Source: Octopus sinensis (taxonomy: Eukaryota). Taken from it: a stretch of DNA of 64,000 nucleotides. The stretch covers positions 48,298,001 to 48,362,000 of the forward strand of contig NC_043009.1 of the NCBI RefSeq assembly GCF_006345805.1, given 5' to 3'. Positions 22,931-36,909 of the stretch are shown here, one piece after another (within the stretch, counting starts at the first letter, position 1; each line of letters begins with the position of its first letter). The translations under genes were made by a program, and so were the position numbers. The notes under the pieces were generated by a model, which was not told where the DNA came from, did no database searches, and was given only the letters and a program-made list of their open reading frames with translations.

Positions 22931-23640
22931 ATTAAATGGCGGATGAACGCTCACCCAAACAACTGTTTTATGGCGAGCTTGCAGAGGGCAAAAGCAATCG
23001 GTGTAAACCTAATAAGAGGTTTAAGGACGGCATAAGGCCTACCATGAAGTCACTTGGAATGGATTCAAAGGCCATAAAAACCATTGCTTCGGATCGAATT
23101 GGTTGGCGATCAAAAGTGTGGAGCGTAATGAAAGATTTTGAGGAGATCAGGAGGACACAAGCATAACTGAAGAGAGATTTAAAGAAGAATGTTGTAATCG
23201 AGAAGATGAATCTCAGTAACATTTTCATGTGTTCAGTTTGTGACAGACCACGTCTTTCTTTTGCTGGGTTCCAATCTCATTTGTGGACCCATAAAAAACG
23301 ATCCTCCACCAATTACTATACCTATATATCTGTGCACACCTTTCAATGCCATGTATTCCATAAGGTCTTCAAACCTAACGGAGGCCTCAAAAAACATCTT
23401 AAGTGCCACGAAGATCGGAACTTAACTGCAGATCTTGGTAGTCAAAATCAGGTATGCAATCTATGTGGGTGTATTTTCAATACGATGTCTTGTTTAAAAA
23501 GCCAGATCAAACGCCATGATGGATTTAAGGTGTGAGTACAAGTGGTGGTTAGACTCTGCATACGGATTAGACAACCACAATCATATACATACATACATAC
23601 ATACATACATACATACATACATACATACATACATACACAC
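22931..23640 (+). mobile_element. 5'-truncated RTE-clade LINE 3' end with three C2H2 fingers and a (CATA)n tail
   Basis: MADERSPKQLFYGELAEGK...KRFKD...ASDRIGWR is the RTE post-RT motif. After one stop the same frame continues into CSVC-x12-H-x3-H and two more degenerate fingers; tail from ~23582. Confidence 0.8.
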
Positions 23641-23649
23641 ACTTATATT

Positions 23650-23709
<60 letters not shown>

Positions 23710-24064
23710 CTTGTGTGTTTGTCCCCACCAACGCTTAACAACCAGTGTTGGTGCATCTACGTCACTATAACTTAACGGTTCTGCAGCAAATAATGAAAGA
23801 ATAAGATCAAGTTTAATAAAATAAGAAGTACAGGGGTAGGGGTAGATTCCTTCGAATAAAATTCTTCTGCGGCCATGCTGGAGAAACCCAGCATGGTTGC
23901 ATTCTGATTCGGGAAACAAGTTAAAGACGGATAACAGAGCTCAGATATCTCAATCCTTTGTTATCGAAGATGAAGATATATACAAGTATATATGTATGTA
24001 TGAATGTATACGTGGAGATTTGTATGTGTTGCTTTATGTATGTCTTCTTCTGCATATATTTGCA

Positions 24065-24468
24065 TAGGCGCAGGAGTGGCTCTGTGGTAGGTAGCTTGCT
24101 AACCAAGCACATGGTTCCGGGTTCAGTCCCTCTGCGTGGCATCTTGGGCAAGTGTCTTCTGCTATAGCCTCAGGCCGACCAATGCCTTGTGAGTGGATTT
24201 GGTAGACGGAAACTGAAAGAAGCCTGTCGTATATATGAATATATGTGTGTGTATGTGCTTGTGTGTCTGTGTTTGTCCCCCTAGCATTGCTTGACAACTG
24301 ATTCTGGTGTGTTTACGTCCCCGTCACATAGCGGTTCAGCAAAAGAGACCGATAGAATAAGTACTGGGCTTACGAAGAATAAGTCCCGGGGTCGATTTGC
24401 TCGACTAAAGGCGGTGCTCTAGTATGGCCGTAGTCAAATGACTGAAACAAGTAAAAAAGAAAAGAGAA
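24065..24468 (+). mobile_element. SINE family A (full length)
   Basis: Complete head, core, internal TA/TG tract and tail. Confidence 0.9.
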
Positions 24469-24539
24469 AATATCTAGACATGCTCATATATAATTATATG
24501 ATAAACTTCTGGAAAGTTCATTATTTGCATTATATATAT

Positions 24540-25499
24540 GCAGCATGGAAAATTCACTCTGATTGTTCTGATAATAAAGAACAGAATTTGTTGAAATCCA
24601 GGTCATGATTGACAACAATCCCTCCAACTTAATCAAGTCCATAGTCAGGGATATGAGAGTGTCTGAGTTTCATATCAGGCGGGTAGTGGATGAAGACATT
24701 CGGTATTCCTGATACACGATGAGAGGCGGGGCCAATTTTTATCCCAAACCATCAAAGATAAGAGGAAATACCATGCTACGATGGTTTTGAACAAACACAA
24801 GCATCACCTTGTACCGAACATGCTTTGGTTATTTTCAGACGAGAAGAATTTCTGCCAGGATCAAATGGTGATCACAGAACAACCGTTGGTTCGCCGTGTC
24901 CCCAAAACATATACCGAGAGTGATAAAAATCAAACATCCCGTCAACATCATGATATTTGAAATGATCACTAGTGATGGCGACATTATGACTCCATTCATC
25001 TTCACACACGGTCTCAGACTCAATACGTAGGCCTTCACCAAGTGCCTGGAGGAGGTAGTGCTGCCCTGGCTCAAGAAGGTGGCTGTTGGAAGACTCTGTC
25101 TGGCAACAGGACTCTGCACCATGTCACACAAGCAGGAGAACCCAGTCGTGGCTCTTAGACAAATTTTGCGAACACATCACCCCTAAAAGCAGGCCACCTA
25201 ACTACCCAGAATGCAATGTCCTTGATTATTATGTGGAGCGCAGTTGAGCGAGAGACCAGCAGAGGTCCTTGTAAAACCGAAGATGAACTGAAGACAAGTA
25301 TTATGGTAAAGAGGAGCGGTAGGAGGTTCCGAAGTTATCTGGCGGCTGTGGTTGAGGCCAATGGCAATTTTACTGAATAAATTTATTCTTTAGTATTTCA
25401 AGATATTTTTTATGTAATTTTGGTAAATATATCTGGTAAAATGAGATGTCAGTGTTATTTTCGTTTTTGCGTAATTTAGATGACGATATATCCGCCGCA

Positions 25500-25500
<1 letters not shown>
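24540..25500 (+). pseudogene. Decayed Tc1/mariner-superfamily transposase of the DD37D (maT-type) family
   Basis: FSDEKNF (D at 24838) and WQQDSAPCH (D at 25110), then exactly 37 residues to VLDYY (D at 25224). Stops and frameshifts elsewhere; no left TIR found. Confidence 0.85.
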
Positions 25501-25548
<48 letters not shown>

Positions 25549-25575
25549 GTGTGTGTGTATGTGTGTGTATGTATG

Positions 25576-25615
<40 letters not shown>

Positions 25616-25631
25616 ACACACACCCACACAC

Positions 25632-25665
<34 letters not shown>

Positions 25666-25914
25666 ACTAATGTATATATATTATTTCAAAGGATGTATAC
25701 ATGCCCTAGCAAGGGGACAGATTTTGGGCTGAAACACAAAGAAATAAAAGAAATATGTGTATATTTTATTCATATATATGTGTGTGTGCATGTGTATATA
25801 TAAATATGTGTGTGTACATATAAATTTCTTCACACACACATCTGATTTCGAATGCAAAATCTAGCTATAGGCAGACTTATAAGAGATAGGCACTTGAATA
25901 ATGCGAGACATATG

Positions 25915-25973
<59 letters not shown>

Positions 25974-26092
25974 GTATTATGTATGTACGTGTGTATCTGT
26001 CTGTCTGTCTGTTTATCTCTGTATTTGTATGTCTACATATCTATCTATCTATCTATCTATATATCTATCTATCTATCTATCTATCTTCTATC

Positions 26093-26130
<38 letters not shown>

Positions 26131-26773
26131 GTATATATATATATATATCTGTATACGCATACACTCACACGCACACATACATATGTTTCTGTGTATGCAT
26201 ATACATGCATATTTTATGCATATTTTATGCGTGTTTATTCGTAAGCATATTTATTCCTATTACTTAGAAATGTTATATAAAGGGCATTTGCACTCCATCA
26301 TAAAGAAAAAAAGGTTAACACTATACACACATGAAGGTAACACGAGACATAGCTTTGGAAATTACTTCCTATTATACTGTGCATCATTATAAAAAATTAA
26401 ACCGGAAGTGTGAGAAATACATCGAATCTAATATAACCCAACTTCTTTTGTAATGGAAGTTTCGAATTGTTCTGTTGAATCGAATAAGATCGTGTAAGAG
26501 AGACACGAATGTATGGATGGATGTAGGCACGAGTGTAAGAATGTGTGGATGGCTAGACGGATTACTACATATGCACTTGTTAGTTGTAAAATTGTATATG
26601 TCGTAGTATAGTAGTTATATATGTGTGTGTGTGTGTAAGTATATATATATATATATACGTGTGTGCAAACACACACACACGTATATATAGTTAATGTGGG
26701 CAGCTGTGTGCAATATAAACCACATAGGTAAAATTTAATCATCAGTACACATACATATATACCTGTTCGTCTA

Positions 26774-27042
26774 CATACCTACCTACCTACCTACCTACCT
26801 ACCTACCTACCTACCTACCAACATACCTACATACCTACCTACCTACCTACCTACCTACCTACCTACATACATACATACATACCTACCTACCTATCTACCT
26901 ACTTACTTACCTACCTACCAACCTACCTACCTACCTGCCTACCTACCTACCTTCTTACCTACCTACCTACCTACCTACCTACCTACCTACCTACCTACCT
27001 ACATACATACATACATACCTACCTACCTACCTACCTACCTAC
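26774..27042. repeat. (ACCT)n/(ACAT)n microsatellite
   Basis: Directly visible. Confidence 0.95.
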
Positions 27043-27430
27043 ATAAATATGTATATATATATATATATTTCAATGGGGAGCTAATAATTCAAGAGAAAAA
27101 TAATTCTCAAGAAAATATCTGTGAAGATATCATTGACCATATTATTATATAGTGTAACAATTTAAAAAATAATAATAACAGAATCAACAATATAGGCAGT
27201 TACTATATATAATAACATCTATAATAACATCTATAATGCCAAAGTGACAGTCCCGCTTAGGACAATTTTACTACTGTTTAACCCCAGGAAAACCCCAGGA
27301 AAACATCTTTTCCAGCTGGCTACCGGTACGTAATCTGTGTCTGTATATTGTGAGCAAGGGAGTTAATGGTCCCCCTCCAGCCTCAGTGATACCTGCAACG
27401 CAATATATAAATATATATATGTATGTATGT

Positions 27431-27532
27431 TCAGTTTTATTTCAAGATTTCTTGTCAATAGAGAATGAGTCGGTTTCTAACCTAGACTCAAGGCTTCTTC
27501 ATTGGAATTTTAACATAAACAACGGGGAAATT
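27431..27532 (-). mobile_element. Isolated 3' terminus of the same RLE family as 16723-17112, flanked by (TATG)n
   Basis: tcagttttatttcaaga...atagaga...ccggttt-taacctaga is shared with 16729-16790; TATG repeats on both sides. Confidence 0.7.
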
Positions 27533-27564
27533 ATGTATGTATGTATGTATGCATCATGCATGTA

Positions 27565-27616
<52 letters not shown>

Positions 27617-27651
27617 AGTATATATATAGACACATACACCAGACGCACACT

Positions 27652-27686
<35 letters not shown>

Positions 27687-28011
27687 ATGCAATTACACAC
27701 ACACTTGAATATATGAGGTTTTAAAATTCAAGTCATGCGATTATGAGTCATTGTCAGAAGAACTCCGGGTGGCTGATTATAGACATGTTTTTGCACATAT
27801 ATGCATTCGTAACTTTTCTCCTGGAATGAAAGAATGTTTAACATAGGATTAAAAATATACCAAATTTTCCAGTTTTTTCTTTTGATATACATACATTTAC
27901 ATTCGCACATATGGATATATACATACAAACATATATCTATATATATGTATGTATATATGCGCGCGTTTGTGTACATAAATGGTATATTTTAATGAATATT
28001 CTATATTAAAG

Positions 28012-28246
28012 TACCTATTTCTTTATTACCCACAAGGGGCTAAACACAGAGGGGACAAACAAGGACAGATATAGGTATTAAGTCGATTACATCGACCCCA
28101 GTGCGTAACTGGTACTTAATTTATCGACCCTGAAAGGATGAAAGGCAAAGTCGACCTCGGCGGAATTTGAACTCACAACGTAACGCAGACGAAATACCGC
28201 TAAGCATTTCGCCCGGCATACTAACGATTCTGCCAGCTCGCCGCCT
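28012..28246 (-). mobile_element. tRNA-derived SINE, family B (full length, Tx1-like tail)
   Basis: Minus strand reads ggcggcgagctggcagaatcg (A box), gagttcaaattcc (B box), core gtcgactttgcctttcatcctttc and tail agccccttgtgggtaataaagaaat. Confidence 0.88.
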
Positions 28247-28277
28247 TTAAAGTACGGCTTAGCCTTAACGATACTAA

Positions 28278-28377
28278 NNNNNNNNNNNNNNNNNNNNNNN
28301 NNNNNNNNNNNNNNNNNNNNNNNNNNNNNNNNNNNNNNNNNNNNNNNNNNNNNNNNNNNNNNNNNNNNNNNNNNNNN
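28278..28377. other. Assembly gap (100 N)
   Basis: Run of exactly 100 n, typical of an unsized scaffold gap. Confidence 0.99.
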
Positions 28378-29331
28378 ATATGCATGTATATACATGTATG
28401 TACATATATATATGTTTGTTGGAAGGACTAAATATCTATACATTTATGCTGATATATTACACATATACACACAATATATATACACACACATATAGATAGA
28501 TGTATAATGAATACATATATCAATCAAATTTTATATTGTATACATGTGCATAAATGTATACATATATATATATGCATGCATACGTACATACATGCTTACG
28601 TTTACACCCACACACATATGTGTGTATATATACACATATGTATATGTACACCCATGTTTATGTATACTTATATAATATATATATATATTATAATATATAT
28701 ATAATATATATATATATATAATATATATATACACACATACATACATCCATATATACCCATATGTATGAGCCAACGTAATGTTGTGAACAACAGTGTGCCA
28801 ACCATCACTGCAGGTGGCAGCCGTCGTTATTAGCAGCCAGAGCGAAAGGTCCTCGCCGTAATATTCTGGCTGGCTTATTGAATCTGTTCACCATTGGACC
28901 GTAACATAACAACATTTATTGCATCTCGCCTCCTGCTCCTGCTGCTGCTGCTACTACCTCTGCTGGTGGTGATGTTGATGCTGTGATTGAAGGTGCTGCA
29001 TATGGTGGTAGGGATGAGGATGATGAGGTTGATGAGGATGATGATGATTGTGCCGGCGATAACGCTGATGATGATTTTGGTGGTGGTGCTGGTGCTGGTG
29101 GTGGTGCTGGTGCCATGGTTTTGTTCTTGATGTTCATGATGATGGTGACAATAATGCTGACGTTAGTGACGTTGGCGGTGTTGGCGTTGGTGGTGATTGT
29201 GGTGGTGGTGGTCGTGGTGTTGCTGGTTCTCGTATATATATATATATATATTTATGATTTACTATCACATTATGAATATACATACGTACATTCATGTACA
29301 CACACATACGTGTTTGTATGTGTAAATATAC

Positions 29332-29363
<32 letters not shown>

Positions 29364-29394
29364 ATACACACATATATATATATATATATATATG

Positions 29395-29771
29395 TCCTCT
29401 TATTCCTTTATTTGTTTCAGTCATTTGACTGCGGTCTTGCTGGAGCACCGCCTTTAGTCGGACAAATTGACCCAACACTTAGTCTTTGTAAGCCTAGTAC
29501 TTAATCTATCGGTTTTTGCCGAACCGCTACATTATGAGGACGTAAATACACCAACATCGGTTGTCAAGCGATGGGGAGGTACAAACACAGACGCACAAAC
29601 ATATACGCTATTACATATATATATACGACGGGATTCTTTCAGTTTCCGTCTAACAAGGTCTTGGTCGGCCCGAGGGCATAGTAGGAGGCACTTGCTCAAG
29701 GTGCCAGGGTGTGGGACTGATTTTCAGAACCATGTAGTTGGTAAGCAAATAATTACAGCTCATCACTTCTG
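29395..29771 (-). mobile_element. SINE family A (diverged)
   Basis: Reverse complement of the family A tail, core and head. Confidence 0.8.
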
Positions 29772-29808
29772 TAACTATATATGTATATACACACGTACAT
29801 AATATATT

Positions 29809-29847
<39 letters not shown>

Positions 29848-29852
29848 TATAT

Positions 29853-29953
<101 letters not shown>

Positions 29954-30389
29954 ATCTGTGTGTGCGAGCGGTGTATGCAGGTATGTAGATATTTTAATTT
30001 TTTGGCGAATGTGTGAGTTAGCATGTTTGTGTTTCAATTAAGTGTGGATGAGTATATACATATAGGCACATGTACGTGGGTTTGCGGGCGCGCAACCGAA
30101 TGTATGGAAAATACGAAAATCTTGGGAATTCACAAAAATTCTCGGAAAGGAAACAAGATATCAGCGAGTGCTATTCTTGGATGACACCGCTTCACTGATT
30201 ACGTCCCTTCGATTTGATTTTTATGGGAGAAAACCGTGTTGGATGGTGAATATGCTTGCATTATATTATATTCCGGGTAAATGTAATGTTCCTATGTTTT
30301 TGTGCTAAAGGGGTTCATCAGGGAAGTAGGTAATATCTATGTGTAAAGTTTGTATGTATTATATAATCAATGTTGACATTCAGGGATTG

Positions 30390-30825
30390 TCGAAGTAGGC
30401 GGTGGTTCCTCTTTGAAATGTCGGAGTCTAAATTACTTCCCTTGTACTTCCCTAATATTTAAGTTGTTGTCTGTTGATTGGATGATAATTAGCTTCTCAG
30501 TTATAAAGCGCACACACTTCGTACCTTGTCCCCTATATTTTCTAGCTTTAGCAGTGAATTTCCTTATTATCTGAGAGGTTGCTTACGCTACCTTCTTTCA
30601 ATGCCCATATCATATTGGATAGGGATGTCGCATTTTTGTCACTGAATGACGATACGTCTTGTGTGTGTCTTTCCTTGAACGAGTTGCCCGTCATTCTAAT
30701 ATACATCTTTGTTACTCCGTTGGGATCCATGATTTTGACCTTGTATATAAGTTCTTTCTCCAGACAGCAATTATTTAGGGGGCAGTAGTTTGGAGATCTA
30801 CAGTTACAGTATCTTTCGGGGATTT
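30390..30825 (-). pseudogene. Penelope-like element GIY-YIG endonuclease fragment
   Basis: CNCRSPNYCPLNNCCLEKELIYKVKI...MYIRMTGNSFKERH...TSLSNMIWALK, then ...KCVRFITEKLII...NLNIRE. This matches the PLE CNC-CPL-CL, IY, YIG-T-FK-R, LS-IW-LK pattern. Confidence 0.85.
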
Positions 30826-30881
30826 TCCCGATGTGTTTATATATGCACTTCATTGTGTCAAGTTATACATAACTACATATA

Positions 30882-30940
<59 letters not shown>

Positions 30941-31055
30941 ATCTTCCCCTCTTTCTCTCACTCTCTCAAAAGCACATACAAATATACATGCGCTGTGTAC
31001 CTGTCTGTATGTGATGAGCATGCGTACAGTCATGGCATATATGCGTATGTGCATT

Positions 31056-31477
31056 TTTATTCTTTTATCCTTTTACTTGTTTCAGCCATTTGACTGCAGC
31101 CATACTGGAGCTCCACTCTGAAGGGTTTTAGTCGAATAAAGTGCCCCCAGAACTTACTTCTTAAACCTAGTACTTATGCTCTCGGACTCTGTTGGTGAAC
31201 GGTAAGTTACGGGGACGTAACAAAATCGACACCGGTTGTTAACGGTGACGGCGGACAAATACAGACACAAACACGCACACATATATTATTATATGCCCGT
31301 TCTATATAGATATACGATGGGCTTCGTTCAGTTTTCGTCAGGGAAATCCACTCACAAGACTTTGGTAAGCCTTATGCCACAGTGGAAGGTACCCGCTTAA
31401 TATGTTACGCAGAGGCATTGAACCCGAAACCATATGGTTGAGAACCAAATTTCTTACAACGCAGACACGCCTGCGCC
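31056..31477 (-). mobile_element. SINE family A (diverged, full length)
   Basis: Reverse complement of the family A sequence. Confidence 0.8.
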
Positions 31478-31492
31478 GAATATAGATATAAA

Positions 31493-31564
<72 letters not shown>

Positions 31565-32493
31565 CATACATACATACATACATACATACATACATACATA
31601 CATACATACATGTACGTTTATGTATGTAATATATATATATAATATATATATATATATATACGGTTCTCCCATTAGATCTTCCATTTTAGTGAACTACATA
31701 AGTCGAAAGTTTTCTTTAACAGTAAAATCATACATGTGTTTTGGTTGGAACACTAATGCTTAAATACATACATAGATACCTACATAAATATGTACGTATA
31801 TACATTCATACATAGAGGCATACACATACCATTAAATATAAACACATGCCTACATAAATATGTACGTATACACATTCATACATATATGCATACACAAACC
31901 ATTAGACATAAACACATACCTTCTCACCTAGACATTATATATGCACACACACACACACACAAATATAAACACACACACGCCTAAATACCAAGATGCAACA
32001 CATACTTATACAAACCTACAAACGCAGTTAAGTACAAAGAGTGAACATCACAAAACATAAATACATAAAGTGCTTTCGTAATACACACACAAACATACAC
32101 GCGTTACTATTACTATACGCACAATTATATATACCTTCCATTATGTAGGTAAAAATGGTAAATACAGTAGCAATTATCACACTAAATTCTTGCAAGACAT
32201 TTCAAAACACTTTCATTGTAGTGTTCTTTGTGTTTTGCTTTCGCGTACATAGTGTTTTGCGGTTCTTTTATACATGATTTTTATATTTGGTTTTTGTTCT
32301 CATACGTGTGTTTATATTTTCTCGTGCTTATTACTTCCTGTACACGTCCTATCTTTCTCAAATTGCACACGCATACACACACACACAGACGTACACACAA
32401 ATAGAGAACACAACCACATACAAACACTCACACATACACGTACGTTTACACACACATGTTTCTATGTGTCCCAATATATATATATATGTATAC

Positions 32494-32525
<32 letters not shown>

Positions 32526-32823
32526 GTATGAATAAATGTTCATATATACATATGTATATATATATATGTGCAGACAGACATTTATATATCTAAACGTGCA
32601 TAGTTTTTTACGCGCTCATGTATGTATATGCATAATGGATATATGTACACACACACAAACACATATACATATATATACATACCTGAAAATAAATATATTT
32701 ACGTTCTTGAAAATGCGTTGTAAAATGACATTTTAAGATAAAGTATAGTTAAATTAATAATATGTAGATGATATATATGTACGTATGAAGAAATATGAGA
32801 TATACCTGAATATAAATACATGG

Positions 32824-32881
<58 letters not shown>

Positions 32882-32883
32882 TC

Positions 32884-32914
<31 letters not shown>

Positions 32915-33309
32915 ATATATGTGCATGTATCTATATATATATATATATATAGATATATATATATAATATACATACCATATATATACATATATATATGTAT
33001 GTATATACATATATAAATATATATATATACATATATATACAGATATACAAATGCATATATACTTATATGTATACACATATATACACACACATACATAGAT
33101 TTACAATCGTATATATGTGTTCACATGTGTGTGTGTATCTGTGTTTGTGTGTATTTATCGTCATGCGTATTTCATATATGTAACTGTTATATGAAATACT
33201 ATGTTATCAAATTATATTTTTGCCTCTGCTATGATGTCAACGTCTTGAAAGCAGAGTGTGAAAATGGAAAACTAGTTGAATGGAGGAAAAAAAAATTGGT
33301 GTATAATGA

Positions 33310-33339
33310 AGAAGACGAAGAGAAAAGAAGAGGAAAAAG

Positions 33340-33371
<32 letters not shown>

Positions 33372-33627
33372 GAAGAAGAAGAAGAAGAAGAAGATGAAGA
33401 AAAGAACAAGAACATGAAGGAAATGAAGAAAAGAAGAAGAAGAAGAAGAAGAAGAAGAAGAAGAAGAAGAAGAAGAAGAAGAAGAAGAAGAAGAAGAAAC
33501 AGAGGAAGAAGAAGGAGAAGAAAGTTGCATATCTACGTGTAGCATGTTGATAATGATAATGATGACAATAATAATAATAACAACAAAAACAAAAACAGCA
33601 GGAACAACAACAACAACAACAAAACCA

Positions 33628-33658
<31 letters not shown>

Positions 33659-33665
33659 TAGTGCA
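33310..33665. repeat. (GAA)n, (ACA)n and (AAT)n microsatellites
   Basis: Directly visible. Confidence 0.9.
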
Positions 33666-33992
33666 GCTATCCACGTACGAAAATATTTTAAGTTGTTTAT
33701 CCTTTCAGCTATTTTTATTCCTGTGAATTACCAATTTGTTTTTAATTTTAGTATTTTTTTTTGTGTGTGTTTCATTTGCTATTTGTTCCCTTTTGTTTCG
33801 TTTATTTTTTTCTTTTATTTATTCAATCTGTATTTTTTCTTCAATTTTACTTGCTGTTACATCAGTTTTAAAAACTATGTCTAAATTATAAATATTGTTA
33901 TGTCTTAAGTCGTGATGCAAGTAGGTAAATCCATACGATATATATATATGTATATAGATAGATATTATATATATGTTATATATATATATATA

Positions 33993-34058
<66 letters not shown>

Positions 34059-34416
34059 CATATGTGTGTAGTATATATAATTATATATTATATATATACA
34101 ATATACATATACTATCATACACAAATATATATGCATATATGTATACGTACATGTAATATACACACCTCTGTGAATGTAATATATAATATATAAATCATGT
34201 GCAGATACACACCTTTATATACAAACATACGCCAAATACAGAACACATAAAGAGCATTGGTAACAACAACAACAACACTAACACCAATGATAATACTATC
34301 GCAATTATATTCCTAGACTTATATACATCAAAACATATATAATATATACTTACACCGCGCAAACACACAGATATATATATATACATATATATATATGTTT
34401 GTATTATATATATATA

Positions 34417-34461
<45 letters not shown>

Positions 34462-34476
34462 AATATATATAAATAT

Positions 34477-34515
<39 letters not shown>

Positions 34516-35737
34516 CTATATATATATATATATTATATAACAGAGAGAGAGAGAGCATATACAAATATTAATTCACTTTTCACTGACTGTTATCTTTATT
34601 ATTTTCTCACGTGTTTTGTCGTTAGGTACGAATGTACATACGCTGGTATAAACAATCACACATATACACATACACACACACATATATATATATACATATG
34701 CAGTATATATATATATATATATATAATTTGCATGTATGTATGTATATATATATGTATGTATATTAATATATATATATATATTATATATATATATATATTA
34801 TATATTATTATATATGAGTGTGTATGTTTGTGTGTGAGTGTGTGTGTCTGTGTTTGTCTGTGTGTGTATATAATATATCTGCACTGTTCACTTATAGTAT
34901 AGAATGCTCAGGCTAATAATGTAAAAAGAGTGAAAAAGCAAAAGAAAAAGGAAAAGAAAGCGGTAAAACTAAGTCTGATGTCTCTCTAAACGAAATTAAT
35001 ATTTAACTTAGTCAGGCATCCACCATTGCAGGTGTTGAATTTTCGCAGTAGAAAATAGAAAATAGAATTCCTGTTTCTCTATTCAATGGTTTACCATTTC
35101 CACTTACACTGGACGAGGTTATTTAGTATTTCTCCCAACTTCCATTTTTCATTTCCGTCTGTTTGTCGCTCTTTCGGTTTCTTTTATTGTTTTGTAATTG
35201 ATTTTGTTATTTGACATTTTCCCCACAAAGACCTTTTGATTTTCGTCGCAATATATTCTGCACTTTCTTCTGTACTTACATATGTATATATATATATATA
35301 TATGTCGTTCAGTCTGAAGTTTATTATAGCAATAAGACGGCGAGGGTTTGTCATGTCGATTGGTGCAACGAACAATCTGCTTTGAGATTAGCGGTTTCCA
35401 TCCATTCACGATACGTGCATAGCGTGATATGTACGGCGATGATTGAAACATTTCTGAAAGTAGGTGTCGTTATCCCACTAAATACAGACAACACAACTCG
35501 GTACTGCTTTGAGTCATATCACAAATAGTTGCGTTGTTATTGAAAGATTGTGTACTCCACATCATTTTATATTCGGAAAATCAAATACCCTTTTCCTCTT
35601 GGCATTGACGAGGTTTTAAAGTTGACGAGTAGTTATTACTCTGGGTATGTGAGTGCAATTATTCTTGCACTAAAGTCCATTTCTCTGTGACTGAGCAACT
35701 CTAAACGCTACTGAGGCCTAAAAACATGACAGCGTAA

Positions 35738-35945
35738 TTCTTTTATTCTTTCACTTGTTTTACTCATTTGACTGCGGCTTTGCTGGAGCACCACCTTGAA
35801 ATTTTTCTAAGTGAAACAAATTTACCCCAGGATTTACTTTAAGCCTAGCACTTATTCTATCGGTCTCTAATGCCGCCCTTCTAAGTTACAGGGACCTAAA
35901 CATATAAACGCCTGTTGTCAACCAGTGATAGGAGTACAAAGACAC
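35738..35945 (-). mobile_element. SINE family A, 3' half
   Basis: catttgactgcggc...gctggagcacc and tacttattctatcggtctc. Confidence 0.7.
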
Positions 35946-36002
35946 ACACATAGAGATATACATATATATATACACACACACGCACACACACACACACATA
36001 CA

Positions 36003-36058
<56 letters not shown>

Positions 36059-36364
36059 GCCATTTTATCCACTATTCTCTATAGATACTGCCACTGAGGT
36101 TACCTTGCCGTGTGTTCTTGGGGTATGAGTAGCATTACTCATACGCGCTTGTTTCATCTCTAGTTATATTTTCAAGCGCGTACGAAGGCTCTGCTATCTA
36201 TAGTGCTTTTGCCGTAAAAGTTATTTATGATGTTGCTAATACTGTTGATGTTGCTTCTGGTTATAGCTACATTATATATCAGTGGTTCTTAAGTGGAGTT
36301 CATATGACTCTTGAAAGTTCATATAATATTTTGTAGTGAAAATTTGTGTGGAAGAAATTGCTTA

Positions 36365-36729
36365 TAAGCGCAGGTGCAGCTGTGTAGGAAGAAGCTTGCT
36401 TCCCAACCACATGGTTCCGGGTTCAGTCCCACTGTGTGGCACTTTGGGCAAGTGTCTTCTACTATAATCTCGAAACTACCCAAGCTTTGTCAGTGGAAAT
36501 TAAAAGAAGCCCGTCGTGTGTGTGCGCGCGCGCGTCTTTGTGTCTGTGTTTGTATCCCAGTCATCCTGGAGAACCGGTATTAGTGTGTTTACATTCCCGT
36601 AACCTAGCATTTCAGCAAAGAAAACCGATAGAATAAGTACCAGGATTAGCAAAAATTGTACTTGGGCCGATTCATTCTTCAAGGCAATGCCCTAGCATGG
36701 CCACAGTCGATTGGCTGAAACAAGTAAAA
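36365..36729 (+). mobile_element. SINE family A (diverged)
   Basis: Head, core and tail recognisable. Confidence 0.82.
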
Positions 36730-36909
36730 CATTGAGGATAAAGATATACTTCTGTAATACATAAAATATTTTAGCAATTCTTATACATTTCCAAATAATA
36801 TCTAATTGTACAAATCTAAGATCTTTTAAACATCGAATGTTGTTAATTGCATGAAATACGAGAGTGAAAAAACGGCCAACAACTGATGAAAGGTCGTTCT
36901 TTATGCTGT

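Noticed and set aside
25500-25665. (GT)n followed by (AC)n forming an apparent long palindrome
   Set aside because: A common compound microsatellite arrangement in this genome, with no unique sequence.
28770-28930. GC-richer unique island between microsatellites
   Set aside because: No long ORF, clear splice pair or stable structure that I can support by eye.
30300-30330. CTGATGA on the minus strand downstream of the Penelope ORF
   Set aside because: No matching GAAAC/stem III follows, so a hammerhead cannot be completed.
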